Source of the DNA: the human T2T-CHM13v2.0 reference genome, Homo sapiens
NCBI RefSeq assembly: GCF_009914755.1
Contig: NC_060934.1
DNA: 64,000 nucleotides
Direction: 5' to 3' (one strand)
The notes under the pieces are model-generated. The model was given only the letters and a program-made list of their open reading frames with translations, did no database searches and was not told where the DNA came from. Each line of letters begins with the position of its first letter. The stretch's first letter is position 1. The translations under genes were made by a program, and so were the position numbers. Below, in pieces: positions 11,601-25,619 of this stretch.

Positions 11601-14600
11601 ATAGATCAGAGGATAGATTATTAACATGCTCTTATTATCCTTTGGCTACATAAATAACTCTTTAATGCTTATTACCTCCATCTTTTTTATGAGATTTAAA
11701 ACCTCTTTAAAGGCTTTTGTAATTTATTACAATATTAGTGAGTTTAGTGATTTAATCATCATTCCAATTAGTTGGTGTGATTATATAAGGCTTTCCAATT
11801 ATAGTGAGATTTAATGTTTAACAACCTACCATACCCCTAGGAGATGAGTTGAGAAGAAAATCAGACTCTCCATTACATAAAACCATCCTCTTGTGCAAGG
11901 GCAGGAAACTTCTACTTGGCATATAGAAGATACACAGCCTGTTGAGAGGGTGGCTGTAATTTCTCTTTGATTATATGGTGACTTTTTGCTAATCTGGCTA
12001 TAAACATCTAGTGAGACTAGCCCAAATTTACCTATCCCATCACTTCTCAAAGTACATTTTGAAAAGTATGTCCCATTTAAAACAAAATGAAACAAAGCAA
12101 AAACAACAAACCAACAAATAAAACTTATCTAATAAAAGGTACTTGTAATCAAATAATTTGGGGAAGATTTCCCTATACTATTCCGTACATAGAGAGTCTC
12201 ATTGTACATGAATATATAAAAGGCTGTGCTATGGGCCACAACCACTTAATTTTCACTTAATACACACTAAACATATTATTTAATTCTGGATTTTTTTCAA
12301 TTAAAACCTATTAATAGAAGAAACACACCCAGAATAGTGGAGTAAGGACTGCCAAAAAATCTACTCCACCATAATAGCAATGAGAACATTGGCAAAATTT
12401 ATAAAAATCTGCTTTTTCAGAACTCTGGAAATTAACTTAAGGCTCACAAAACTTTCAGAAGCCCTCATTCAAGAAAAATGACTAAATCTCAGCAAGAACA
12501 ATAATCTTTGCAATGTCTTAATTTGTCTTACTTCCCTGCCCCTCACTCCAGGTTTGAGATTAGCCGGAAAACCAGTAGCCTCAGAACCATGTAATCTGTG
12601 AAAACCAGTAATCTGACATTCATAGGATGGGTCAGAATGAGTTTGGTGAGCTCCTTTTATTAAAAAAAAAATTGTCATCACCAGAGAATTGTCACTGACA
12701 TTTCTGGGAGCTCATTGGAAAAATACCATTCACAAAGTTTGTTTTATTTATCCTAAATGAGAGCTAACTCACAGAGGAAATTCTTATCCCCATGTGCTTG
12801 TTTAAAATTACCACTAGCAACTATTTAACATTTTAGTTACTTGAATTGATGAAGGAGTTGGGTCAAACAAAAAGCTAGATAATAAACTTAAGCTAAAAAT
12901 CTGGAGAATAAAATGACTACAGGGAGTTTTAAAAAGCTCTTATAGAGAAAAAAACCCCGGAAGGCCACAGATATATAGAGAGTTGGGCTCATGCCTAGGA
13001 AAAACTTGAGAAGGCTTTTATCTTTCACCTATGGATAATCTTGAGGCTTTGTACAAGAAAGAAGTGAAGACTAATGAAGCTGTGTAAACTACTGCATAGT
13101 GTTGAAGATATGCCCCAATACACAGAAAGCTTCTCAGCAAAGTATGGTACAAAATTTAATAAAATTATTTAATAATTAGCAGACCACTAAACTTACCAAA
13201 CAAAGACTTCAATGGCTATACATGACAAAGCATGCAGACTTTACAGAATCAGTCCAGGATCATTATTAACCTAATACATAGATATAAGAACAATAGACAC
13301 TAAGGAAGAAATCTGATTCCACAGTTGTCACATTTAACAAAAAATATAAAACATACCAAAAAGCATACTGTATGAATAGAAAAAAATCAGCAAAAATAAA
13401 TTATTCCTGATGATTCTCCAACACTGAAGTTACTAGAAGAAAATTTTAACCAGCATATGCATTTTTTCAAAGAACTAAAAAAGTCTACAAAATTAAAAAG
13501 AAAATATGAAAGTGTGACCTATTAGAGAAAATAAATATACAGATTGAAATAATATTAAAATAAAATAACCAAAGGGAAATTCTGCAGAACAAAGGTACAA
13601 TATTAGACATAAAAAATTCACTAGAAGATTTCAACAGAAGATATGACCTGACAAAATAAATAATCAGAAAATTTGAAAATAGGTCACTTCAGACTATTCA
13701 GTCTGAGGAAAAAGATTATTCTTGTTTGAGAAACAGGAAGCAAAAGGAATGAAGGAAATGAAGACAACCTCAGAATCCTGTGGGATGTCATCAAGCATAC
13801 TAACACATGCATAACAGGAGATCCAGAAGAATAGGTTAGAGAGAAATGGGGGAAAGTACATAAAAATAATAATGACCCCAAATTATCAAATGTGATGAAA
13901 AACATTAATCTGAATATTCAATAAATTTAGTTGGATAAACAGAGATTCAACCTAGATACATCTTAATTAAATTCTTGCTATTCAAAGACAAAGAAGAAGT
14001 ACTAAAAGCAACAATAGAAACATGACTCATAAAACACAAAATGTCTTCAGTAAAATTAACAGCTGACTTCTTATCAGAAACTATGGAAGACAGAGAACAC
14101 AATGTGCTGACAAAAACTATTGTCAACCAATAATTCTATATCCAGTGAAACAAGCATTCAAAAATGGCATTCCCAAAAAATAAAAAATGAAGAGGATTCA
14201 TCACCAGTAAAACCATTATACAAAAACTATTTCAAAAGAGTCCTTTAGGCTGACATATAATTATAGTAGAAAGTAACTCTAATCAACACAAAGAAATAAA
14301 TAGTACCAGTAAAGATACTAGTAACTGCATAGACAAATATAAAACATTATGTATAATTTAGTTTGTTACATTTTTCATCATTATCTGATTTTAAAAATTT
14401 AAACTTAACAAAACAATAGTTATATATGTGTGTTAATGGATTATAATGAATAAAGAGATGATATATATAAATAATACAGCAAAGTGGGGAAATGGGTATG
14501 AACCTATAATGAGACAACATTTTTTTGTATACTATTGAAATTAAGTTGGCATTAATAATACAAATGACATTATTTGAAATTAAGATGTTAATTTTAACCA

Positions 14601-15154
14601 TAGGGCAAAAACAAAAACAGTTTGAAATATAGTAAAATAAATAAAAAGTGGATTAAAATGGTGTACTAGATAATCTCTTTTTAACAACATAAAAGGCAGC
14701 AATAGAGGGGAAAACAACAAAAGGTATAAAAAATAGTAAAAAACAAGTAACAAAATGACAATTGTAGAGCCCACATTAGCATTAATTACATTAAGTATAA
14801 ATGAATAAAACACTTCATTCAAGAAGCAGATTCAACCTTGCTGTGTATGGGGACACACATTAACTCAAAGCCACAAATAAGTTGAATGTACAATAATGAA
14901 AAGTAATGTACTATGCTGACCAAAGAAAATTAGAGAGGCTTTAGTATAATTGGCATAAATAGATATTAAATAAAATATTGCTAAATAAAAAAGGACACTT
15001 TTTAATGATAAAGGGGCAAATCTATCAGGAAAACTTAAACACTCATATATGCACTATTAAAAGAGTCTCAAAATTAATGAAATAAAAATCGGCATAATAT
15101 GATGGGCAAGGAAAATTCAACAATAGTTTTAGAAACTAATATTCAACTTTTAGA

Positions 15155-18100
15155 ATCATCTATTTCAATTTCAAACGTTTTTATTGCTGTATCTTTATGT
15201 TCATTGATTCTTCCCTTAGTGTGTCCAGTCTACTGGTGAGCCCATCAATGGCGTTCTTTATTTATTTTAGTGTTTCTGACTTCTAGCATTCATTTCTGCT
15301 TTTCTTTTAGAGTTTTTTCTCTCTGCTTCTATTACCCATATATTCTTTTATGTTGCCCACTTTTTTCTTTGCAGCAATAAGCATATTAATTACAGTTATT
15401 TAAATTCTCAATCTGATAAGTTCTACATCTCTGCTATATCTGAGTCTTATTTTTTTACTTGCTTTATCTCTTGAGATTATATTCAATGCCTTTTAGTATG
15501 TCTTGCAACTTTATGTTGAGAGCTAGAAATGATGTATTAGGTAATAGAAATGGAGGTAAATAGGCCCATAGTATGAGGATTTATGTTTATCTGGCTAGGA
15601 TTTACATTGTGTTCATTGTTTGCTATAGCAGTTGGTGGCTGAGGCTTCAATTTCCTCTGGCATCCTTATTTTTGTCTCCTCTGTTATTTCTGAGTTTCCC
15701 TAGGAAATGTTTATTCAAGTCTTATATTTGCAGTTCATTTTGTTACAATCCTCTGTTGTTACGCAAGAGAATTGTTGATGTGGTGGTAAGGTGTTGGAGA
15801 ATGTACGAGTCAGTTTTTATGCTGCTGATAAAAACATACCTGAGACTGGGCAATTTACAAAAGAAAGAGGACTATTGGGCTTACAGTTCCACCTGGCTGG
15901 GGAGGCCTCACAATCATGGCAGAAGGTGAAAGGCATATCTTATGTGGTGGCAGACAAGATAAGAGATCTTGTGCAGGGAAACTCCCCTTTTTAAAACCAT
16001 CAGATCTCGTGAGACTCATTCACTACCACAAGAACAATGCAGGAAACACCCACCCCCATAATTCAATCACCTCCCACAGGGTTCCTCCCATGACATGTGG
16101 GAATTGTGGGAGATAAAATTCAAGATGAGATTTGGGTGGGGACACAACCAAACCATATCATGCCACTCCTGGCCCCTCCCAAATGTCATGTCCTCACATT
16201 TCAAAACCAATCATGCCTTTCCAGCAGCCCCCCAGAGTCATAACTCATTTCAGTATTAACTTGAAAGTTCATAGTCCAACATCTCATTTGAGACAAGGCA
16301 AGAAGACCCTTCAACCTATGAGCCTGTAAAATCATAAGAAAGTTAGTTACTTCCCAGGTACAATGGGGGTACAGACATTGGGTAAATACAGTCATTCCAA
16401 ACAGGAGAAATTGGCCAAAACAAAGGGGCTGCAGGTCCCATGCAAGTCCCAAATCCAGCAGGGAAGTCAAATTTTAAAGCTCTCACATGATCTCCTTTGA
16501 CTCCATGTCTTGGATATAGGTCACATTGATGCAAAAGGTGGGTTCCCATGGTCTTGGGCAGCTCCGCTCCACGGCTCTGTAGGGTACGGCCTCCCTCCTG
16601 GCTGCTTTCACAGGCTGGTGTTGAATGTCTGTGACTTTTCCAGGCACACAGTGCAAGCTGTCATTGGATCTACCATTCTGGGGTCCAGAGGACAGTGGCC
16701 CTCTTCTCACAGCTGCACTAGGTCGTGCCCCAGTACAGACTTTGTGTGGGGCCTCCAAACCCACATTTCCTTCTGCACTGCCCTAGCAGAGGTTCTCCAT
16801 GAAAGCTCTGCCCATGTGGCAAACCAGCATGGGCATCCTGGCATTTCCATATATCTTCTGAAATCTAGGAGGAGGTGCCCAAACCCCAGTTTTTGACTTC
16901 TGTGCACTCACAGGCTCAACACCATGTGGCAGCTGCCAAGGCTTGGGGCTTGCACCCTCTGAAGCCAGGCTCCAAGCTCTACATTGCTTCTTTTCAACCA
17001 CAGCTGGAGTGGCCATGATGCAGGGCACCAAGTCCCTAGGCTGCACACAGCACGGGTATCCTGGGCCCAGGTCAAAAAACCACTCTTTCTTCCTAGGCCT
17101 CTGAGCCTGTGATGGGACTGCTAGAAAGACCTCTGACATTCTCTGGAGACATTTTCCCCATTGTGTTGAGGATTAATAGTCATCTCCTCATTATTTATAT
17201 AAATTTCTGCAGCTGGTTTGAATTTTACCACAGAAAATGGGATTTTCTTTTCTATTGCATTTTTAGGCTGCAAATTTTATGCTCTGCTTCCCTTTTAAAA
17301 CTGAATGCCTTTAACAGCACCCAAGTCACCTCTTGAATACTTTGCTGCTTAGAAATTTCTTCCACCAGATACCCTAAATCACCTCTCTTAAGTTCAAAGT
17401 TCCACAAATATCTAAGGCAGGGCCAAAATGTCACCAGTCTCCTTGCTAAAACATAGCAATAGTCATGTTTGCTCCAGTTCCCAAGTTCCTCATCTCCATC
17501 TGAGACCACCTCAGCCTGGGCCTTATTGTTCATATTGCTTTCAGCATTTTGGGCAAAGCCATTTCACAAGTCTCTAGGAAGTTCAAAACTTTCCCACATT
17601 TTCCTGTCATCTTCTGAGCCCTCCAAACTGTTTCAACCTCAACCTGTTACCCAGTTCCGAAGTCAATTCCACATTTTTGGGTATCTTTTCAGCAGCACAC
17701 CACTCTCTTGGTACCAATTTACTGTATTAGTCCATTTTCATGCTGCTGGTAAAGGCACACCTGAGACTGGGCAATTTACAAAAGAAAGAGTTTTATTGGA
17801 CTTACAGTTCCATGTGGCTGGGGAGGCCTCACAATCATGGCGGAAGGTGAAATCATGTCTCACATGGCAGCAGACAAGAGAAGAGAGCTTGGGCAAGGAA
17901 ACTCCACTTTTTAAAACCATCAGATCTCTTGAGACTCATTCGCTACTACAAGAACAGTGCAGGAAAGATATGGCCCCATAAATCAATCACCTCCTACCGG
18001 GTTCCTCCCACAACACATGGGAATTGTGGGACGTACAATTTAAGATGAGATTTGAGTGAGGACACAGCCAAACCTTATCAGGGGGAAAAAAAAATGGTTC

Positions 18101-18690
18101 TACAGTCTTACAATTATTCTCAGTCTTTCAGTGAGCTTCTGTCCCTGTCCCCAGCTTGTGACCATCACAAATGTCTCACCCTAAGTGAGCGTGAAAGGCT
18201 AGAGTGTGGAGTCAAATATTACCCTCCCTGCATATCAATTAGGTTCTGATAAAGTAGTTTCCTTTGAAAGAAGGTGAGAAGAAAACTCTGTAGGAATATT
18301 TCAAAATGGTTACTTTTAGTATCTCCCTGCTAGAAGCGTAAGAGGATTGTTTTCTGATCTTCACTTTGAGAATAAGTCCCCTGAGATTAGGTCCCAGGAT
18401 TTTTTAACTCTCAAGCTACTTGACAGTCATTCTTTAGAAATTTGTCAGTTATGGTTTTTTTTTTTTTTTTTTTCTAACGGTTTCTGGCTCCAGCATCTTT
18501 AGATCCTGGTAAACTATAATTTGTCTGTGTTTGCCTAGTTCTTCCATTTTCAGGAAATTATTTTGTCCTGTGACTTCAGTTCTCTGATGGATCTAATCAG
18601 TTGCTGATTTTCAGTGTGTTCAGTATTTTTCTTATTGTAGGATGACAGCAATCACTTCTTTACATGTTGGAGTAAAAGGTCAGAAATCTA
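15155..18690 (-). mobile_element. L1M(C)-type 5' UTR/ORF1-start fragment in opposite orientation, split by THE1B
   Basis: T-rich reverse ORF1-like sequence 15155-15801 continues at 18081-18690 and ends in a 5'-terminus-like tacatgttggagtaaaaggtcagaaatc. Confidence 0.6.
15802..18080 (-). mobile_element. Complete THE1 (THE1B-like) MaLR provirus: 3' LTR 15802-16160, internal 16161-17722, 5' LTR 17723-18080
   Basis: Two homologous LTRs of about 358 bp (tgtattagtccattttcatgctgctg...aaaccatatca) flank a typical 1.56-kb THE1-int with the gtaaattggtacc junction. Confidence 0.95.
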
Positions 18691-20219
18691 GATTTTTAAA
18701 TGACATAAAGAACAACTAGGCAGAAGGCTAAAAAGGAAATAGAAAACCTGAGCCCCCAGGTAAGTCCACTAGATATAACAGACAACTACAGAAAAATTCA
18801 CCTAACAACAACAAAACACAGAATCTTCTCAATGTACACGGAACAACTGCCAGGGAAGACTACATGTGAGGCCACAAAGAGGCATCCATAAATGTAAAAT
18901 AGTTAGAAATCATACAAAATATAGTATATGACCACAATGAAATAAAATTAAGAGTCAAAAGGAAAGTAAAATTTGGTAAATTACAAATATAAAGAATTTT
19001 TAAAAAATATTCTCCTAATCAATAAGTTAAAGAAAAACACAGTTAATTAGAAAATAGTTTCAGATGAATAAAAACAAAATCACATGTCAAACTTATAGGA
19101 TGTAGATAAGAAGTGCATGGAGGGTAGTTGGTAGCTCTAAACGTCTCTAAAAGAGGGAAACTTCTCAATAAGATAAAGGATGTCTATGAAAATTTCAGTG
19201 CTAACATCATATCCAATGGAATAACACCGAATACTCTTCCTCTAAGATCTCAGTCAAAACAAGTCTTTCTGGACCCACTGTTTCTATTCAACATTTTACT
19301 GGGGATTGTAGGGCAATTAGGCAAGAAAAGAAAATGAATACATCCAGTATAGAAAGAAAGAAGTAAAATTATTTATACTCTCAGATAATATTATATTGTA
19401 TATAAAAAATTCCAAGGAAACCACATGCATGCACACATATATGCACACACGCACACATATGCACACACAAAAGTATAATGATAAGTAATTACCAAGTTTT
19501 CAGTATGAAAGCCAACGTACAAAAGTCAATTGTATTTCTATGCATTAGCAATTCAAAACCTGGAAGTGAGATTTAAAAAGAAGTCTACTTATAATAACAT
19601 CAAAGAGAATAAAAATTTATGAATAAATTTAGTAAAGGAGGTGCTGGATTTGTACACTAAAAAGTACAAAACATGGTTGAAAAAATTTTAAATGACCACA
19701 ATCAGAAAGATGCTTTAGTATACATGAATTGAGACTTTATATTGTTGACTCTACATTACGCCTTCAATTGATCTATAAATTCATAGCAATACCCAGCAAT
19801 GTTCTAGTTAAATATTTACAGAAATTGGTAAGTTGTTCTAGAATTCATACGAAGATGCAAGGGATTCAAAACAACCTTGAAAATGTAGAACAAATTTGGA
19901 AGATTATTTGTCAATTTCAAAATTGATTTTAAAGGTACAGTATTTGAAACAGTGTGGTAGTGGCATAAAGATGGACATACAAATCTGATTACCTATCAAT
20001 AAGTCTTTAAATTTATAGGCAGTTGGTTTTCAACAAGGATGCCAAGACAATTCTGTGGGAAAGAATAGTATTTTCAACAAATTGTACCTGGATAACTGGA
20101 TATCACATTCAAAAGAATGAAGTTAAATTTCCTTCTTCCTTAAACCATACATAAAAATTATTTCAGATTGAATCATAGGACTAAATGTAAGGGCTTGAAA
20201 ACTTAAAATACATTAAGGA

Positions 20220-20868
20220 GATTCCTTAGAGACCTAAAAGTAGAACTACCATTTGATCTAGCAATCCCACTACTGGATATCTACCCGGAGGAAAAGAAGT
20301 CATTACATGAAAAAGGTACTCTCACACGTATGTTTATAGCAGCACAATTCACGATTGCAAAAACATGGAACCAACCCAAATGTCCATCAATCAATGAGTG
20401 GATAAAGAAACTGTGATATACATATATACATATATGTATTAATATGTATACACATATATGTATATATGCATATATGTTTTTCATGTATATACATATATAC
20501 ATATGTATATATGATGGAATATTACTCAGCCATAAAAAGGAATGAGTTAATGGCATTTGTAGCGACCTGGATGAGATTGGAGACTATTATTCTAAGTGAA
20601 GTAACTCAGGAATGGAAAGCCAAACATCGTGTGTACTCACTCATAAGTGAGAGCTAAGCTATGAGGATGCAAAGGCATAAGAATGACACAGTGTACTTCA
20701 GGCACTCAGGGGTAAGGGTGGGAAGGGGGCAGGGATAAGAGACTACAAATAGGGTGCACTGTATACTGCTCAGGTAATGGGTGCACCAAAATCTCACAAA
20801 CCACCACTAAAGAACTGACTCATGTAACCAAACACCACCTGTTCCCTGGTAACTTATGGAAATTAAAA
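20220..20868 (+). mobile_element. 5'-truncated L1PB1-like element with an internal (TA/CA)n tract
   Basis: 15-bp TSD aaaatac(a/g)ttaagga at 20205-20219 and 20869-20883; TT|AAAA site; L1PB 3' UTR accactaaagaac...catgtaaccaaacaccacctgttccc. Confidence 0.92.
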
Positions 20869-21457
20869 AAAATACGTTAAGGAAATTATGAGGGTAAATC
20901 TTTGTGATCTTGCATTGGCGATGATTTTTAGATCTGACACCAAAATCACAAGCAACAAAAGAAAATATAAATTAAACTTCACCAAAATTTAAATCTTCTG
21001 TTCTTCAAAAGACAGCATTAAGAAAATGAATAGACAAATCCAATGCAAATCGAAATCGAAATCACAATGAGATACCACTTGGAGCCCACTAAGAAGGCTA
21101 CAATTAAAAAGATAATAAAAGTTTTGGTGAGGAGTGGGAGAAATTGGAACCCCTATACATTGCCGGAATGTAAGATAGTGCAGCTATTTTGAAAAACAAT
21201 TTGGTAATTCCTCAAAATGTTAAACGGACTTACCCTGTGACCCAGGAATTTTGTGTGTGTGTATATTTTATATATATGTGTGCATACCATATATATGTAT
21301 ATGCATATATGCATATAATATGTGCATCTATATATTTCATGTCTATATAAAATAAAAATGTCCCCACAAATGTTCATAGCAGCATTATTCATAATAGCCA
21401 AAATATGCAAACAATCCAGTATCTAAGAGCTGATGATGGATTAAAATGTGGCATATG

Positions 21458-23146
21458 ATTAGAAGACTGACACTACCTAACTTCACGACTTACAATAAAG
21501 CTGCAGTGATCAAGACAGTGTGGCATTGGTAAAGGGGTCAACAAATACATCAGCGGAACAGAGTAGAGATCCCAGAAATAGACCCATACAGTCTAGTATC
21601 TATTGACTAATAGATATTTGACAAAGGAGTAATGACATTTCAAGAGAAAAAGACCAGACTTTTCAATAAGTAATGTTGGAACAATTGGACATCCACACTC
21701 AAAAAAATGAATCTAAGTACAGACTTTCTACCTTTCACAAAAGTCAACTCAAAATAAATCAGAAACCCAAATATAAAATAAGAAGCTATTCAACTCCTAG
21801 AATATAACAAAGAAGAAAATATAGATGACCTTGAATTTGGTGATGACTTTTTAGATATAGTAACAAAAGCATGATCCATATTAAAAATGCAGTAAGTTGG
21901 ACTTCATTAGTAATATAACTTCTGATCTGTGAAAGGCACTTTTAAGATAGTGAAAAGATAAACCACGGATTAGAAGAAAATATTTTCAAAATGCATATCT
22001 GATAAAGGAATAATATTCAAAATAAATAAAGAACTCTTAAAACTTAATGGTAAGCCAAAAAAAAAAAAAAAAAAAAAAAACCCACACAATGATAAGAAAG
22101 CAAACAACAAAATTGAAAAACGGGCAAAAGATCTGAACTCAGTTTACCAAAGAAGATAGATAGATGTCAAATAAGCATATGAAAAGATGCTCAACATTAT
22201 ATATAATTAGAGAATTAATTGCAAATGAAAATGAGGTGCAACTACACACCTATTAGATCACTAAAAGCCAAGGCAGGGACACCACCAAATGCTGGTGAAG
22301 ATATAGAACAACAGGAGCTCTCATTCATTGTTGGTGGGAAATTCATACTAGTATAGCCACTTTAAACATTAATTTGGCAGTATTTTACAAAATAAACATA
22401 CTCAGTCCATATGATCTAGCAATCTTCCTCTTGGTATTTACCCAAATGTGTTGAAAATTTATGTGGACATAAAAATTTGCATATGAATGTGTATAGCAGC
22501 TTTACTGATAAGTAGTAAAATCTGGAAGCAACCAAGATGTCCTTTAGTAGGTGAATTTATGAACACCTTGGTACATCTGTACGATGGAATACTATTCAAC
22601 AATAAAAAGCAATGAGCCATCAAGCCACAAAAAAAAAAAACACAGAGTAATCAGACATGTATATTGGTAAGAGACAGGGGCCAATCTGAAAAGGTACACT
22701 CTGTATTAGTCCAACTGTATGTACTTCTGGAACAGCCAAAACTATAGGACAGTAAAAAGATAAGTGGTTGCCATGAACATGGATGGAGGAGGGAGAAATA
22801 CATAGTTAGGTCATAGGGGATTTTTAAGATAGAGGAACTATTTTGTATGATACTGTAACACCAGATAGATACATTTTTTCAAAACACATAGATTATACAA
22901 CACAAAGAAAAAATTAATGTAACCTATGGACTTTAGTTAATAATAATGTCAATACTGGTACTGTCAACAAGGTCAATATTGGCTCATCAAATGTAACAAA
23001 TATATCACACTAATGCAAGATATTAATAATTGGAGAAACTGTGGAGGGAGGGGAGGGGTGCATGTGGGAACTCTGCACTTTATGCTCAAATTTTCTGTAA
23101 ACCTAAAGTTACTCAAAAATAAAGTCAATTAATTATTTAAAAAGGA
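21458..23146 (+). mobile_element. 5'-truncated L1MC1/2-like element nested in the L1MB 3' region
   Basis: ORF2 remnant followed by L1MC-type 3' UTR ggaactctgcactttatgctcaaattttctgtaaacctaaa; degenerate TSD aaaatgtg on both sides. Confidence 0.8.
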
Positions 23147-23959
23147 AAAAATGTGCTATCTTTATTCTATGGAGTGTTATTCAGCTACAAAATGAAACAG
23201 CATACTGATGGATGCTGCAACATGGATGAACGTTGAAACATGCTCAATGAAAAAAGCCAGTGACAAAAGACATTATATGATTCCATTTATTATATTAATG
23301 TCCAGAATGGACAAACCAATAGATACAGAGTGTAGATTACTGGTTTTCAGTCTCTAAAATAGGGAGAAATAGAGAGAGACTGCTAATAGATTTATTTGGG
23401 GGATGATAAAATGTTATAAAAATGTTTGGAATAACAATTGAAAATTCTGTGAATATACTAAAAACATTAAATTGTACATTTAAAAAGGGTAATGATATCT
23501 AAATTTTATCTTAATATAATTAATACAATTGTTAAAAAAAATCCCCCAAACAATATTGACCTAACACAGTACAATTTAATAACTGGAACTTCAGTGTAAT
23601 TTTATTGAAAGTTAACTAATTCAAGAAAAAAAAAGGATTTTGTGCTTAGATGACTAATCTTTTAAAGATACAGCAGCACCAATCACTAAAAACACATTCA
23701 ATTTAGAAAATATTGTAGTTTTCATTGGTGAATTAATTTGTTAACTGTATTCAAAATAAATTGCTAACGTGTCATTGAAGATTTACAAAATATTAACAAA
23801 CTACAAATCATATTATCATGTAAGACTTGGGAAATGTTCATTTATATTAATAATATGGATTCAAATCTTTATATGAAACAAAATGCATCTATATTTGATT
23901 ATGGTGGTATAGTTTCTCATTCGAATGGGATCTGAGATGGGAGAAACCATATTCTACAA

Positions 23960-24150
23960 CAGTGCTGTCCAAAAGAATTTTCTGAGATGACGGAAGTGTT
24001 CTGTTTCTGCATTGTCTAAATTGGCAGGCACTGCCTGCATGTAGGTACTAAGCCTTTGAATGTGGTTACTGCAACTGAGGAACTTTATTTTTATTTAATT
24101 GCACTGATGTAAATTAAAATATATATTTAAATACCAGCTAGGGGTGCTAG
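23960..24150 (+). mobile_element. MER3 hAT-Charlie MITE
   Basis: cagtgctgtccaaaagaattttctgagatgacggaagtgttctg...gcaactgaggaact. Confidence 0.8.
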
Positions 24151-25185
24151 TACTGAAATCAGCTGAGAAATGGGAGGAGAAATTCAGTGGCTTCTTTTTT
24201 TCTGCTTCCTCAATTGCTCCCCCTCTTCCTACCCTCCTTACCGTGATTAAATAGTATCAGTCATAAAACAAGTGCTAAATGAATAGGCTAAAAAACAAGT
24301 GATGATCTTTTTCTAAATCTGCTTACACATGTATTTGCTGTATTAGTAAAATAATGAGTTTTGATTTTAAATTCCTTCATTTCTAATGCATGCTAATCAA
24401 AATTTAGATAAGTGTGATATAAAGGTAGCACTTACTATCAGCATTAGCAAGTATCAGAAACATTTAGAAATTCAAATGTTTTTCTAGGAAAATGGTAGAA
24501 GTTAATCAACCAATCTCTTCAAGTAATGCTCTCATGTCAATGTATTAATTAAATCAAACATGAATTATTCCCTTTCTTATATATAAACATTCTATCTATA
24601 ATATAAATTAGTTAACAGTGGCACAGAATTAATAACATTCAAGAAATTCAGTATTTTGTTAAGATCTAAGTTATACTGTTTCCCTATTGATATAGATTGT
24701 AGGTTGTTTTTATTTGGATTTGCTTTGTTTTTATTCCCCTGAGTATACAATGACATTCGCTATCTGATGTCAGCTTGAGACTTCTCAGGGTTGTCTGTGT
24801 TTATATAGTTTATAAGATTGCTGTTGCCTTTCATGCATGTGTTAGGACAATTGTTTCCTTTCTGCCAAACCTAATCAAGGAATTGTTTTGTCTATCTTCT
24901 CTCTTTCTCCAAACCACAGCCCACTCAAGAACAGTTTAGCCCCTGAAGTGGGCATAATATTATTCTTGTTCATAAACACAGTTATTTTAAATCACGATTG
25001 AGAGCTGTGTGTCTTATATTACCATCATACTTTCATCTGTGGGAAAACCCTTTTCTCTATTACAAAGACTAATACCTTTCGATATAAGAGATGACAGCAA
25101 CCCAACTCTGAAATAAAATCACTTGTAACAAGTTGCCTTTGGCTAATTGAGGTCAGCTGCACTGCATGTTAAATTCTACTTTATA

Positions 25186-25290
25186 GACAGAGAGAGGGGA
25201 AGGGAGAAGGAGACAGCGGGGGTGGAGGGCACGGAGAGAGGGAGAAGGAGGAGAGTTAGGAGGAAAGTGAGAGGGGAGAGCGAGAGAGCC
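25186..25290. repeat. GA-rich low-complexity tract
   Basis: Visible directly. Confidence 0.85.
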
Positions 25291-25619
25291 TGAGAAAATT
25301 CTGCTTGACACAATTCCTTGTGCAGCATTGTGTATCTCAGGGATGAGAGGAAGATTCAAACTGCACCTACCATTGAGAGCTTCTGATTTGACTTGGATAC
25401 GGAGGGAGGATAGAATCTTGTAAAATTGTAACAGTGTCATGCTAGTATTATTTGTCACTACCTTGAATTCATTAACTCTTTCCCATGCACCGTTCCAGGT
25501 ATTAGGAGTGAGAAAAATGAGATGGCCGCTTTAAAATTTACATTCTAGAAGATGAGTTAGAAAATAGGTGCAAGATCTAAGTTTATTACTGTATCACCTT
25601 GCTTCCATGAAGCAATTTC

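Larger units (their letters stand above)
12330..23540 (+). mobile_element. Ancient near full-length L1 (L1M4-type 5' end, L1MB7/8-like 3' end) with internal deletions and four nested insertions
   Basis: Ordered decayed 5' UTR, ORF1 (about 13.4-14.3 kb), ORF2 endonuclease (14.7-15.15 kb, resuming at about 18.7 kb), RT/C-terminus to 21.45 kb, and 3' UTR resuming at 23150-23540. Confidence 0.75.

Noticed and set aside
12330-12720. Similarity to 54130-54500 suggesting a segmental duplication
   Set aside because: Low identity; better explained as two independent L1M 5' UTRs
16132-17981. Cluster of overlapping ORFs up to 170 aa
   Set aside because: All lie within THE1-int/LTR; the MaLR internal ORF is fragmented and the longest ORF is antisense to the element
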